A DNA stretch of 64,000 bases from Craspedostauros australis (lineage: Eukaryota). Below the pieces are notes generated by a model that was not told where the DNA came from, did no database searches, and was given only the letters and a program-made list of their open reading frames with translations. The stretch is from NCBI GenBank assembly GCA_030167865.1, contig JALAGF010004359.1, positions 1-64,000 on the forward strand. The letters run 5' to 3'. Both the position numbers and the translations under genes were made by a program. Below are positions 47,051 through 59,500 of this stretch, piece after piece. Each line of letters opens with the position of its first letter. Position 1 is the stretch's first letter.

Positions 47051-47690
47051 CCGGGTTCAAGCCCGGCAGGGAAACCCTGGGTAAACAAACAGTATCATGT
47101 CTTGGTTGATAGAACACAGACAAAAATGGGTACATACCTCAAAATTGGGAGTGATCAAGTCTGTCAATGAAGTAGATCAAAGCTGGTTGAAAGTTGCTAT
47201 TGTGCTCTGAGTGTTTAAACAATTTAGTTGATTAATAGCTGGCCCAATTCAGATCTGTTGAAGTGTGAATTGTGAGCAGATGGGGATGCAATGATGTGAA
47301 TTGATTCTGAGGCAACATGTGTTGCAACACAGCAGAGCATGAAATGCAGAGCATGAAGTTGTTATCGATTTTGAAATAATAAGGAGGTCCATTGGTGCCA
47401 TCACTACCAACCTTGCTTCTTAGAACAACATTGATGCATGCAACAAATCCGATCATTGCAGAAATGTGATCTTGTCAAATTTGACAGGATTGCTGCGTCT
47501 TATATCTGAGCCAAGATGCTCAGATACATTCACTCATCAAGACAGTAGGCATGCCTCGTGAAGGTGGATTCACAGGGATGTAGATATACATGTTCATGTG
47601 CACATAAGGAAAATGACAGGCAGGGCCTGACATCCATGCATTAGCTCGCTACCATCCTCAGACACCAAGATAGGTATCTGAGGACGTACG
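47051..47690. mobile_element. Probable decayed non-autonomous element (CpG-depleted, palindrome-rich island)
   Basis: Only 4 CG counted in 47101-47640 versus CG-rich flanks; at least seven hairpins or palindromes; no transposase or RT motif seen. Confidence 0.4.
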
Positions 47691-48135
47691 GGGGTTGCGG
47701 TAAGTTATATTATCAAAGAAAGCGAAAATGGTTCAGGACCAACAGTCCCATGCGTGACCAAACGCATTCTATGGAGAACAAGATTAGACGTAGGCTAAGG
47801 TGAATATAGATTTTTGATCTAATAGTGCTCATGTCATGGCTGTATCAGTATCCCTCTTCAGTGTTTTGGCATCTCCCTGAATTCGCAGACTGGACTTCGA
47901 TACCACACCTGCGAACTTCGAGGATATGTGATGCTGGTGCCGTTTTCATTACCGTCACGTGGTGAAGGGCATGGAGTAGGCAAAGCAAGGTGCAAAGTAT
48001 GCTCGAGTATAGTGCGCGAACCAGGACATGAAGAACTTGTGGAGCAAAGAATATCAGTGTCGCTCCATACCACGGTCGATGACTGCGGATAGGCTTTCGC
48101 CCAGTATGCACAAGTACGCCATCCGATTTCGATGA

Positions 48136-51100
48136 TCAGCTGTTCACAAATGAACCAAACGAAGCCGCGTCGTCATGATCGTCGCCATCGTCCTTCTTCC
48201 TTGCGCTCCATCGTTTGCTTGATCTTTTCTTTTTGCTGGAACCATGAGAGCTTCGTTTGTGGAGACTCCCTCTGAGGCTGTTACCCAAGCCGGACAGCGA
48301 CCTCAGAAAGCTTCTCCGGGCTGGAGTTGGCCTTTCGGCACGGGCAGAGTCTGAAGGGGGAGACGGGGCGTTCATCGCCGCGGCCACTGCTTTCAGTCTA
48401 CCATCCACGCTGCTCGCAGCATCATTTGATTTGCCTTCGCTGGATTTGGTCGGGGTGGACAGAATGTGTGGCGCACCAACATCCGCGCGGAATGATTGCA
48501 AAACAGATTGCGGCGTAGTGCCGCGTAGTGCAGGATGCAGTACCATGCGTGTACAGGACCACAGAACAAAAGCACCAGAAGAGTAGACAATACGCGACGA
48601 AAGAGAAGAGGCAAGTCGGCAGGGCAGCAATTGATAACGAGGAACCGCGACGGTTAGAGAGAAAACTGGAGCATCCATACATATCTGGAGACACAATGGT
48701 GATGGCAGGCTAGTTTACTGCTTTGTCCAGATGCTGAATATGATACCTGTTATCACAACTACTCATGGTACTCACTCGTTGGGTGACGGTTTTGGTGATG
48801 TTGAGCCTTGGTTGTTCGTTTCCTCGTCCTCCAGCAGGTCGGTTAAAGTGATGCCAGAGGCTTGGCTCGCATTCAGTGCTGCGGCGTTCATGTCGGAATG
48901 AGACGACGATAGCCTGTCGTAGTTGGGCATCTTCTTCTTTTTCTTCTTCTTCCCACCTCCAAGCAATTTCTGCCGCAGCGATTTTGGCTTGTAGGACGTC
49001 GGCTCTGGTTCGTTGATTTCGCCATCTTCGGAGGATGCAGCGAAGCTTGCGTTGAAGTCGGCATCCCCAAGCCTGGAGGATGAATTGGTATTGTCGACGG
49101 AATCGCTCTTCCTCGAGCCTTGTTTTCCCTTCCTTGAGCCTTTCTCGTTGTTTGCGCCCGCTCCACTGTCGCCTCCCTTTCCTGACCAGGGCATCGCTTT
49201 CCGAAAGAATCCCTTCTTCGTCGATGACTTTTGCGCAGGCGCGTCGTCGCCACTGCTATTGGGATGGGCACGCGGCGATTGCAGGCTGTCTTCGCCGCGA
49301 TCATCTTCCTCCGAATGACCTGGCTTGGACAGAGAGGATCCTCTCCACGACATCGGTTTCCGAGCCACATCGTCGTTGCCGTCGTCGTTGCCTCCATCAA
49401 ACGGTGTTGAGAAGTCTTCGTTCGACATGGCACGCCGTCGACCTTGGAACAGGCCCTTCGCAACTCCACCTTTATTGCCTTTGGGAGACTTGGGTGCGGG
49501 TTTGTTCTTCTTCTTTTCCTTTTTCGATTTCTTCTTGCTTTTCTTTGCCACCTTCGCTGTATCGTCGTTGTCGTTATTGAGGTCATCCTTGTCCTTGCCC
49601 TTCTTCTTGCCCTTTCTCCATCGTGATTTCTTCTTGTCCTTCTTTTTCATACCACTCAGCATCTTGGACAGGTTTCCACCTCCCGCATCGTCGCCCTTGA
49701 TTTCTGCGGCCTTCATACGGTGCGAGCGACGTCCTTTCTTCTGCGCATTCATTGCCAGATCACGGAAGCTCTGTCGGTTGACTTGGTTGATCGACGGCCG
49801 ATGCATAGGCACATCGATATGTAGACCAGGTGCAGTAGGACGCAAGGCGCGGCTGCTTTGCCTTCTGTTGTGCATCATGGCACCAGGTCCCAGTGGCACC
49901 CCGGGGATGTTTCTACCGTCCATTGCAACAGGCATGCCGTTCGGTCTCACCGGGCTGTTCGATGGTGGGCCGCGATTCTGTGGACTCATGGGATGCTGCT
50001 GCTGCTGCATCATTGGCATCGCCAGGTGCTGTGGCGGGGGATGGGCCATTCCCATTGCTTGATTGGGGGGCATTTGCATTTGCGATGGGCGCATGGGAGA
50101 TCCATTCGGCGACTGGACCCGAGACATCCCAGGAGCCTGTGCTGGCGCATTTGGATTCATGCGAACGGGAGGTGGCGGCATGGGGTTCCTCGGGGCGTTG
50201 GGACCACCGGTGAAGATCCGCGGCCGACGGGTCCGCCGTGGCTGGCCTTGGTTGGGGTGACGTGGGGGATAGTTGCAATCCAAGAAGGCGCCAAATTCAT
50301 CCTCCAGCTGCTCGCACTTGCCGCTGGCTCCCCATTGGTGGTAGAGGTACCATGCCTCCGTCAAATACGCGGCAGCCCAGGCTTCGTCGCGCACGGTGAC
50401 GAAGAAGCGGCCCGCAAGCTCGTTGGTGAGGGCCTGCTGGAAAACGAGGCCGTGCTTGGAGGCGGCGGCGATTGCGGGATCGTACAGAGAGCGAACCTTC
50501 ATGGCGGACAGACCCTTTTTGTCGTTGGCCAACTGAAGCTCGGCTGATAGCAGTTTGGAGATGCAGAGGCAGTTCACGCAGCCGTCGGAAGCCAAGGTCC
50601 TGACATAGATGAGGATCGTGGCCGCACGTTCAAGATGTCGGCCCTGCTCTTTGAAGTGGGCAGTTTTGGCCTGGTACAATGCCAGCATGCCATCCACCAA
50701 GGCCAGGTACGGGCGCCAAACTCCATCGGGTCTCCATCCTATCAACCGCTTCTTCATCGCGGCGGCTTCGATGAAGTTGCCAAATGTGAATTCGGAGATC
50801 ATGCGGATGAAGTTCAGGTACTTCAAGGCTCTGATGTTCCCGCTCTCATTCCAACGCCGCACCCGCTGCTCGTAGTCGACCGCAAAGTCTTCGGCGGTGC
50901 CCATCAGGTCCAAGATCAGCTGGTACGGCACGAAGACCTTCCATGAATCCTTGACACGCCAGTCGAACATGAATTGCTGGAATCTCACCGATAGCAACTC
51001 GGCAATCGGCAATGGCTGGTTTCCAGATGCCAGTATATTGCAAACGTGCGTGCCAACGTTGTACGAAAGCTGTTCCGTCGATGCGATATCGAATGCGAAG

Positions 51101-54100
51101 TTGCAGACGCTGGATGTCACGTCCAAGGCTTGTCCGTAGGGCCGGCGAATGTGGCTGACCTCCCAGTGGAAGTTGGTCAGGGCATTGGCCCCGTGGAGAT
51201 TATCAGGCTTTGCAAGCGCTTCCGTGAGTCGTCCGAAGCGGAAGGCCAGGCGGTGCATGTTCCTGCGTTCCAACGCCATGGCGTATAGTGAGTAGGCAAG
51301 GGCCGTCGTGTGAGACAAACCGTACTGGACGGTGAGCTTCACCATCCGGGTGGCGCAGATCGTCTCGAACGAAGCGTCACCACGCAATCGACTGATCTCA
51401 GCCAAGATCGCTAGGAAGGTCATCTTGCTGATGGTACGTCGATGCGTCATCCTTGGCAGAGTGCATAGATCTGCGTTGGATTTCTCCTTGACCATGGCCT
51501 CCACCGCCATCATCTCCTGCCCGGCTGCCATGGGTAAATCGGCCGGGATCGGCTCGTCCAGACCATTCAGCACATCCACCGTCTTCGCGAGCGCGCCATT
51601 GAGGATGTTCCGCTCTATAAGATCGAAGATGAGGACCTGAGACGCACCCAACTTGTCTCGTTCGTTGGTGCTGTGTGCCAGAATCGTTTCTGCCACCTGG
51701 ATGGTCTCGGATGGTGCCATGCGCGTGCAGAACATGAGCCGGGCCTTCGCCAGCATGAGGCGCATTGCCAAGTCGTAGTGCTCGGTCCACATGCTGTCCG
51801 TGTTGAGCAAGTCCAGCCCAGCATCGACCTTGAAGAGGGCTTCTAGAAAGGCACCCTTGCTCATGGCGAGGTCAGACAGGTCGAGGTTGAGCTTCGCGAC
51901 CTGCGCATTGTCTTTCTCGCTGTCGCCCAGAGACACGGCCTGGTTGAGCTGATCCATGGCCAGGAGCTTGAACATCTCCTGCGTGTCGAGCTTCGTGCCA
52001 GAGCTGGCCAGTCCCATCTTACTCAAGACGGAACCAAGGCGGAAGTGCAGCAGCTTCATGTTTCGCGCTGACAGCGGGAAGAGTGCGTTCGCGCACTTGC
52101 GGATGACATCATGCGAGAAAGCAAAATCTGTGTCTGACAAGCGCTTCACGAAATGATGGCGCTCGCAGATCTGCAGGATGCTCTTCAGGTCGTCTTCCGA
52201 AAGCGTGACGGCCGCATCTCCCTTCTTCCGTGTGATATCGAACATGGGTTTGGTGAAGTGTACGAGGGTGCCGAGATCGAATTGCGACAAGCCCAACATC
52301 GCGGCGCATTTCAATACCAGGGCACACTTCTTGGGAATCCCCCTCAGCCGATTCTCGACGACCTTCGTGGTTGTGGTCGGCAAGGTACTTCCGTCGTCGA
52401 TGACGTCCATGTCGCATGAGAGCTCTTTGTTGGATAGATTCCATGTCACCACGTCGCCTCTCTGGACCAGGTACTCGACTGTCTGCACCAAGAGAAGCGG
52501 GTTGCCGGAGGTCTTTTGGGACAAGCTGGATGCCAGAGCATTCAATTGTGGGTTGTGATCAGGAATTGCATCCGAATCCAGCTGCAAGGCGTTCTTTAAC
52601 CGCAAGGCGACGAGATTTCGTGCTGTTTCCTCCTCGATGTTTTTCAGCATGATCTTCATGGATGGGACGCCACGCAGCCGGTTCCTGAAGACGGCCAACG
52701 AATGCGTGTTCTTCACAGCTCGATGGCAGCAGACGAGCATGCAGTTCTTCAGTGCCTTGGTAGATAAGAACGTCTCGATCATCCTCAAAGAGTCGTCTCC
52801 GGCGAAGTGGATATCATCCAGCACCATGACGACAGGCGCATGGGAGCAGACGGTGACGAGGAAGGCGCGGACGGCGAATCGCAGTCTGTCGTACCTGCGC
52901 TGCGTCGTGATATCGAAGCCGTGGATGACCCGTTCCACCTTGGTGTCCGTGCCAAGCAGCGTAGCGAGATTGGGAACGACTCGCGCCAGCAGGGAGGCGC
53001 TTTTGCCCAGGCTGCGTTGCAGGCGCGACTTCCACTCGTCGACCTCGAAATCTGCCAGCAGGCATTCCACCAGCATCGTCAAGCAGTTGACGAGTCCCGA
53101 AAAGGCCTTGCTGTTGCCTCTGGCCTCGTCGAACGAGCCGTAGCAGAAGAGAACATCCTGCTCCACGTGTTTGTAGAGTTCCTCGACGAGGACCGTTTTG
53201 CCGACGCCTGCGGGTCCGGAGATGTAGACGACCTCGCTGGCGGAAGGGGCTGGTGCAGAGACGCGATTAAGCGATTGCCGCAGCTGACTGAGCTCCTTGG
53301 AGCGTCCCGTGAAGAGCGACGTGTTCTTTTCTGGCTGCTGGTCGTCCATGTCGAAGTCCATCATGGTGGAGGCATTGAAGTCATCCACGGCTGGTTCTGT
53401 TGCGATGATATTTTGTGCGATGACAGGCTCGCCCGACACTTCGGCGCTGCGTGTTGGAGCTGCAACACCATCCTGGGATTTCTCGGCAGATTGAGTTGGA
53501 TCTGCTGCTTGCTTCTTTCCAGACTTGGGCCGCCTTCGCTTTCGTTTGTGGAAGATTGGTTTGGACTCCTTCTTGGACTTATCTTTGGTCTTGTCCTTGC
53601 TCTTCTCCTTGTCCTTGCCCTTGTCTTTGTCTTTGGTCTTGTCCTTCTCCTTCCCTTTCTTGCCGCTGGACGACTTGTCCTTCTTGGACTTGCTCTTACT
53701 CTTGCTTTTGCTCTTGCTGATGCTGCTGTCTTTCTTCTTTGCCTTCTTGGAAGATTTGTCCTTCTTGGATTTGGACGAGGTCTTTGACTTGGAGGACGAC
53801 TTGGTTTTGCCGCTCTTGTGCTTGCTCTTGCTGGACTTTTTCGACTTGGACTTCTTTGGTGTGTCGACGGTGGCTGTGGCAGTGGTGTTCGTGGCCGTTG
53901 ATGCAGCAGTGGTTGGCTGCGAGGACTCGTCCAATTTGGTGGTGGATTTCTTCACTGTGGCCTCCAGTTGCTGTGGCTCATCGTCGCCCGATGAATCTTG
54001 ATCGACCGATGCCTCCGCAGCTGCCATCTTCGCTTGTTTCCCGGTGCCATCGTTCTCATCGTCGGCATCATCGTCTTCATCTTCATCCTCCTCGTCGCTG

Positions 54101-55047
54101 TCATCGTCTTCATCATCATCCTCGTCGTCGTCGTCTTCATCTTCATCCTCGTCGTCGTCGTCATCCTCCTCCTCTTCAGCATCGGCTTGGCCGTGATCGT
54201 CGGGTGTTTGCTTTGCGGTGATGAAGGTTTGCGTCTCTTCTTCCGCCATTGCCTCATCTTCGACGACTTCCTCCTCATCCATGAGTTCCTCATAGGTTTC
54301 AAAGAATCCCTCGACCTCCTCCACCTCCATGAACTCATCGCCGGCATCGTCGAACGTCCAATCCGCGGATTGGTGCATCTGGTTCCATTTAGATTGGTCG
54401 ACGTCTTGCGATATCTCGATGACCTCCTCCTCGTCGTAGTCATTTTCATTTTGGCCATCGGCGTTTTTTTCATCGGCGTACATGACCTCTTCGATGATGT
54501 AGGCATCATCAGCATCTGCTTCGTCTTGACCGTCGCCGTAATCTTCAGGCTCCAACGAACTGATGTCATCCATCGTCGTGAAATCCGTCAAGTTGAGAAA
54601 AAACGCACCTGCTGCATTTGCGCCATCGTTGTCGTCGTCGTCATCATCGTCATCCTCCTCTTCATCGTCGTCGTCGTCTTCATCATTGGTGCCTTCAGTG
54701 GTGCCTTCTCCGCTTCCTTCTACGCCACTCTTTTTGGCCTCCTTGGAACCGTCCGGTATGCTGCTGTTGCAATCCTCCGAGGTCGAGGAGGAGCTTGAAG
54801 AGCCCGCTGATGAGGATTCAACCTCGTACTCGTCGTCGTCGTCGTCATCGTTCTCTTCGTCGATGGAGTAGTAGGACTCTTCTTCCGATACCATGGCGGC
54901 TTCGTCCGATGGCGTTGTTCCGTAACCAGCATCTTCCTCGTCCTCCACTTCCTCGACTTCGATCGAGTACTCCTCGCTTTCCTCCACGATCTCCATCACC
55001 ATGTCTTCTTCGTCGCTGCCGCTGGCCACACCAGGCGTTGCTGCCAT
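48136..55047 (-). CDS. STAND-class AAA ATPase + TPR-like superhelix (COG3899-like), paralog 2 (~2191 aa), complement(join(48136..48439,48776..55047))
   Basis: FTGRSKELSQL, Walker A GPAGVGKT, Walker B MVLDDIHFAG, GNPLLL, FAFSHDVIR, TNELAG, LYHQWGASGKC. The apparent stop lies inside a GTGAGT donor; acceptor AAATCCAG ending 48440 keeps the frame. Confidence 0.88.
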
Positions 55048-56501
55048 GATGCCGGTCGCGGTTGGTTGGGCGGCCGCAGCAGCGGAAGATGGGGATGGCA
55101 CTCAGCGGCGCGTGGCGCTGGTCAGCTTGTATTCGCGCTCGTGCGATTGCGTATTGCGCGACGGCGGAGTCCGATGTGTCGCTGCTGAGCGAGAATACCA
55201 GCGTGTGTCTCAGTCGGCTCGGAGAGAGTATGACCAGGATCGTGTGCAACTGCTCGCAACTCCACTATGGATGAGTACTCGTACTCGTATGTATGGTGTG
55301 CACAGTCCAGTGTCGCGATCTCTCCAAAGTATTATAGAAAGGGACGCAACGTGACACGAGGTAGCGTCGCTCCGGATTGCTGCCGTTGCTGTTGCTGCTG
55401 CTGCTGCTGCTGTTATTCTTTGTCACCTTTGCACGACCATGTGCAGCCTCTCTGTCGGTGCCGTTCTCCTCTCTCTGCCAGTCTGCCTCTGGATCCCCCT
55501 GGCTCGAGAGAGCGGTATCCACGAAGTCTTCGAAGCGGAGACCAGTGCGAGATGGCGCGTCTGGCGGTTGTGGTCTTCACGACTGTCATTTTGCGGTTTT
55601 TCAAGGCGATGAATGTCTCCCAAGATTCTATTGCATTTGGTCAAGCGAGTCGAGCCGGTCATCGCGACATAAATCTTCTGCAAATGGCATTCGCACCACA
55701 CCTCTTCGCGCTTTTCGGCATGTTTTTGGTTTCGGGACAACGCAGGTCAAACGGAAGGTATCCTTCCTATCTCAGTCTTGGAGGGACTAAATCGATAGCC
55801 TCGACCACTTCATGATTGAACCCAAACCGAACCATCATGTGTCGGAGGCATGTCGTTGATGCATCCACACCAATCAAAATCAGGTGTTGATGGTATCTGG
55901 GCGATTCATCGGTGGCCATCCCATCTCTTGGCAACCCTTCATCAAAAAGTGAGAAGGCAAGTTTTGCGCAGTTGTGCTTCCAACACGACAGCGACAGAGA
56001 AATGATGTGCGAACCGGTTTGTGCTCATAAAAAAGAGCAGAGAGACAGTCTCCACTTCTGGAACGATCGTGGAAAACGTCAGAGCAGTTGGTGCAACTGT
56101 CGGAAGTGGAGTGGATGCAACTCCAGCGGAGAACCCAACCTCCGACCACCCCCATCACATCATCTCTCTTGTATTATACGAGTGCGTATCTCGTCTCCTC
56201 TCCCCACCATCACCTCACAACCAGAGTCATCCACGCTTGCTGAAATTGCACCAAGGCTGACACCCAGCTTTCGCATCTTTTCAGAATCGCCTTCACTCGC
56301 ATCGCATTGGTGCATCTCGTTGGTGCACCCGTTCGCATTCCTCTTGTGCACAGCGCTGATACAGCTCTCGGACGAGAGACTGGCAGAGAGGCAAGCTGAG
56401 AGAAAGAGAGAGACACTCCACAAGCACACCGCAACCGCATCATCTCATACCATACGCTAAACACCAAACGCCAAGCAAGCTGAGGCAGCAAGTCCATCAA
56501 C

Positions 56502-59500
56502 ATGGTTGCGTACGGCATAACGTTGCGCAACGTCCAACGGCCAGGTTGGGAACAGGCGTACCTGAACTATGGCGGGCTCAAGGCCATCCTGGAGGACATG
56601 GAGAGGCTGCATCACAACGCCAAGCGCCCATCGCTTCTCGTGTATCCCTCCAACAAGCATGCTGCTGTGCGCCAATGCATGCACCGATTCCAGCAGTTGC
56701 TGCAACGAGAGATTGAGAAGATCTCTCTCTTCGTGCTGCAGGAGGAGGGCAAGCTGGCCACGGCGATTGGCACAATGCTGCGCATCAAACGGGACGGTGA
56801 GATGACGTCAACAAACATCTCTACCTCCACCTCCACCTCTATCCTTCCAGATCGGTCCCAACCACCAACGGAAGGCTCGTTGTCGCAGACTCCGCTGTTG
56901 CCATCATCGCCGTCGCCTTCACAGCCACCAACGCCGCAGGCGACTGCGAATGCGAATTTGTCCTCGAATCCGTCCTCGAATCCGTCAGAAGTCTTCACGA
57001 ACGGACTCTCCATCATCAAAGATTTGGGGATCGCATCGCTTCCGGTCGGTGATGCCATCGCCGAAGCAGACTGGAATGACGTTGGCTGCGCGCTGGGGGT
57101 GGAATTGATGCACCTGCTGCAATTCATCTGCCTCAATGCCATCGGAGTGCGCAAGATTGTCAAGAAGCACGAAAAGATGATCGTCCGCGTCATGCTGTGG
57201 TCCGACGCCTTGTCGGTTGGGCACGATAGCTCGAGACGCCTGCAACTGCCGCGGCCCCGGTCGTTGCCCGCCGCCCTCGAAAGTGCGTCATCGGACGTGG
57301 AAGCGTCCGTGGGTTTCAGCGAAGTCGATTTGCTCAGCGAACGGAGTGAAACCATCACGATGACTCAAACAAGTGCAGTGGCCGCCGAGAGGGGGCAGAT
57401 ATTCAATCATGCCAACGCGATCAATGCTGTCCATTTGCAGCATCTGGCCAATTCCGAATCCATCTCGGCGCTGTATACGTCGTTGCACACCGCGCTGCTA
57501 GAGGAGCAACAGAGGGTGCACAGTCGCAGGCTCGAGGCATCGCACACGGACGATCAATACTCCGAGATGACTCCGTCGAGGTCGCAGCGGCTTCTGCATT
57601 CCGCATCGTCGTCGCTGCACCCGACACACAAGACATCCCTCCTGCGATTTCACTACGTCATGACCTCCATTCAGAAGATACGCAAGCATGCGGATCACAT
57701 CGTCAACGACGAGCCCTTCCGCACCTACCTCTCACGCAAGGCCATGATTTTGACGGGGAAGAATTTGGGGAAGATCGAGGGCAACGCGCTGAAGGCATTG
57801 GAGAGCATGCTGGTGCTGGAGCCTTCGTCGATCATCAGCATCACCCGTGCCGAGCTTCAGGATTGGCACCAAACGCAAACCTACTTCAACATCGCTCAAG
57901 AAGCACCCATGGAGTGCTTAACGAAGGAGATGTTCTTGGAAACGGCCAAGGTGGTGTCCAGAGAACCAAGCGTGTCGCCACCCGAAGGTAACTTGGTGTG
58001 GGGTGGCGTGGATTCCATGTCACTCGTCATCAACCTCCTCTCAACCTTGCTTTACACCGTGAACTACTACGTCGTGGCTCCGACTGCCAACCACTACGCG
58101 ATCTTGCTGGGCACGGATGGTGCCTTCGGCGCAACGCTGCTCGGGGCGTCCTCCTTCGCTGCCATCTTCGCGGCATTCCTCTACTCCTACTGGTACACGG
58201 TGTCTTCATTCCGATCGGTGCTGATCTTCTCGGCGCTGTGTCCCCTCGTCGGGAACCTGCTGTACTCCTTGGCCATTTCATACCACAGCATGCCGATGGC
58301 GTTGGTGGGACGTGTCTTGTGCGGCTTCGGCAGTGCCGAGGTCGCCAACAGGCAGCTGATATCGGTCTGCGTTTCCTTCAGCACCATGACCCGTGCCAGC
58401 GCTCTGTTCGTGGCGGCCGGCGCCCTCGGCATGAGCGTGGGACCGCTGCTGGCGGCGATCCTGGACATGACATCGGGACGGGATCTCCAGGTCGATTTCC
58501 AACTCCCGTTCTCACCGGCGGGTGGAATCATTTACGATCACGTGACAAGCCCTGGTTTCCTGATGTCTGTGATTTGGTTCGTCCAGTTGATGCTGCTCAT
58601 CGTTTGCTTCCGCGAACCAGAACGCATCAACGGGAAAGGAGCGCCCGAGTTGTCCGCGGAACTCACGGAGACGGAGGGATGCGCCTCGTTTGGCGTGATC
58701 AACTATGACGAAGACGCATTCGGTATCCAGCCCGAATCGAGGCCTAACGGCGAAGGCGACGATGAAGAAAAGCACTACTACTATGAGGACGATGTCGACG
58801 ACAACGTCGTCCAAGGGGGTGGGAATGGAGATGATAACAGGAAGGCTGACGGCGGCCCTTTTGGCCAGATTAATGAGAGCAGCCAGACAGACTTCTTCCG
58901 GCATTTGCACTCGACGACCAACCGCACAGATTATGGTGCACTAGGCTTGGCGCACGAAAATAGCGCTGATGAGTTGATTTCGTTTCAGAACGCAACACCA
59001 CCATCAGAGACAACGTCATTCGGGTGGTTGGGCCAAACTACGGCGAAGAAAAACCGTGAGAAGCCGAAGCAGGGGAAAATGAGGACCGCCTTCGAATCCG
59101 TCAAGTTTGCTTGTCAGATGCTGCGAGAAAATCCGGCACTTCCGCTGACTCTGCTTCTATTCGGGTACATTGAGATGGTGGATGAAGTGCTGATATCCTC
59201 GTGCTCCATGATCTGTCTACGGTACTTTGGTTGGCCAGGTTCCGTGGCAGGGTTGCTCATTGCGAGCTTGGGATCGCTGGTCCTTCCAGCCGACTTCTTG
59301 GTGCAAAAGGCGACATCGCCGCACCATGGATCCGTCAGATACTCCGAACGAAGGATCATGAAGGTAAGAAACAACCATGGAAGGCAGCATCGACGTGCAC
59401 AACGCGTTGGGCGCCGGCTATCTTGCTCCTCGCTTACGATTTGCGATATATGATTTGCCCCTCACCCAATCTTCTCTTTGCATCCCAACCATAATATCAT

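Noticed and set aside
47000-47080. tRNA gene suggested by T-arm-like CCGGGTTCAAGCCCGG
   Set aside because: Loop is 6 nt; no A box, D arm, anticodon arm or matching acceptor stem upstream
47080-47830. Centromere
   Set aside because: Only moderately AT-rich and under 1 kb; described diatom centromeres are longer low-GC tracts
53500-53860. Silaffin/biosilica protein
   Set aside because: Lys/Ser tract is internal to an ATPase with no signal peptide
55621-55630. PSR/PHR-type phosphate element (GAATCT on minus strand) upstream of SPX-MFS
   Set aside because: Single imperfect hexamer about 870 nt upstream; expected by chance
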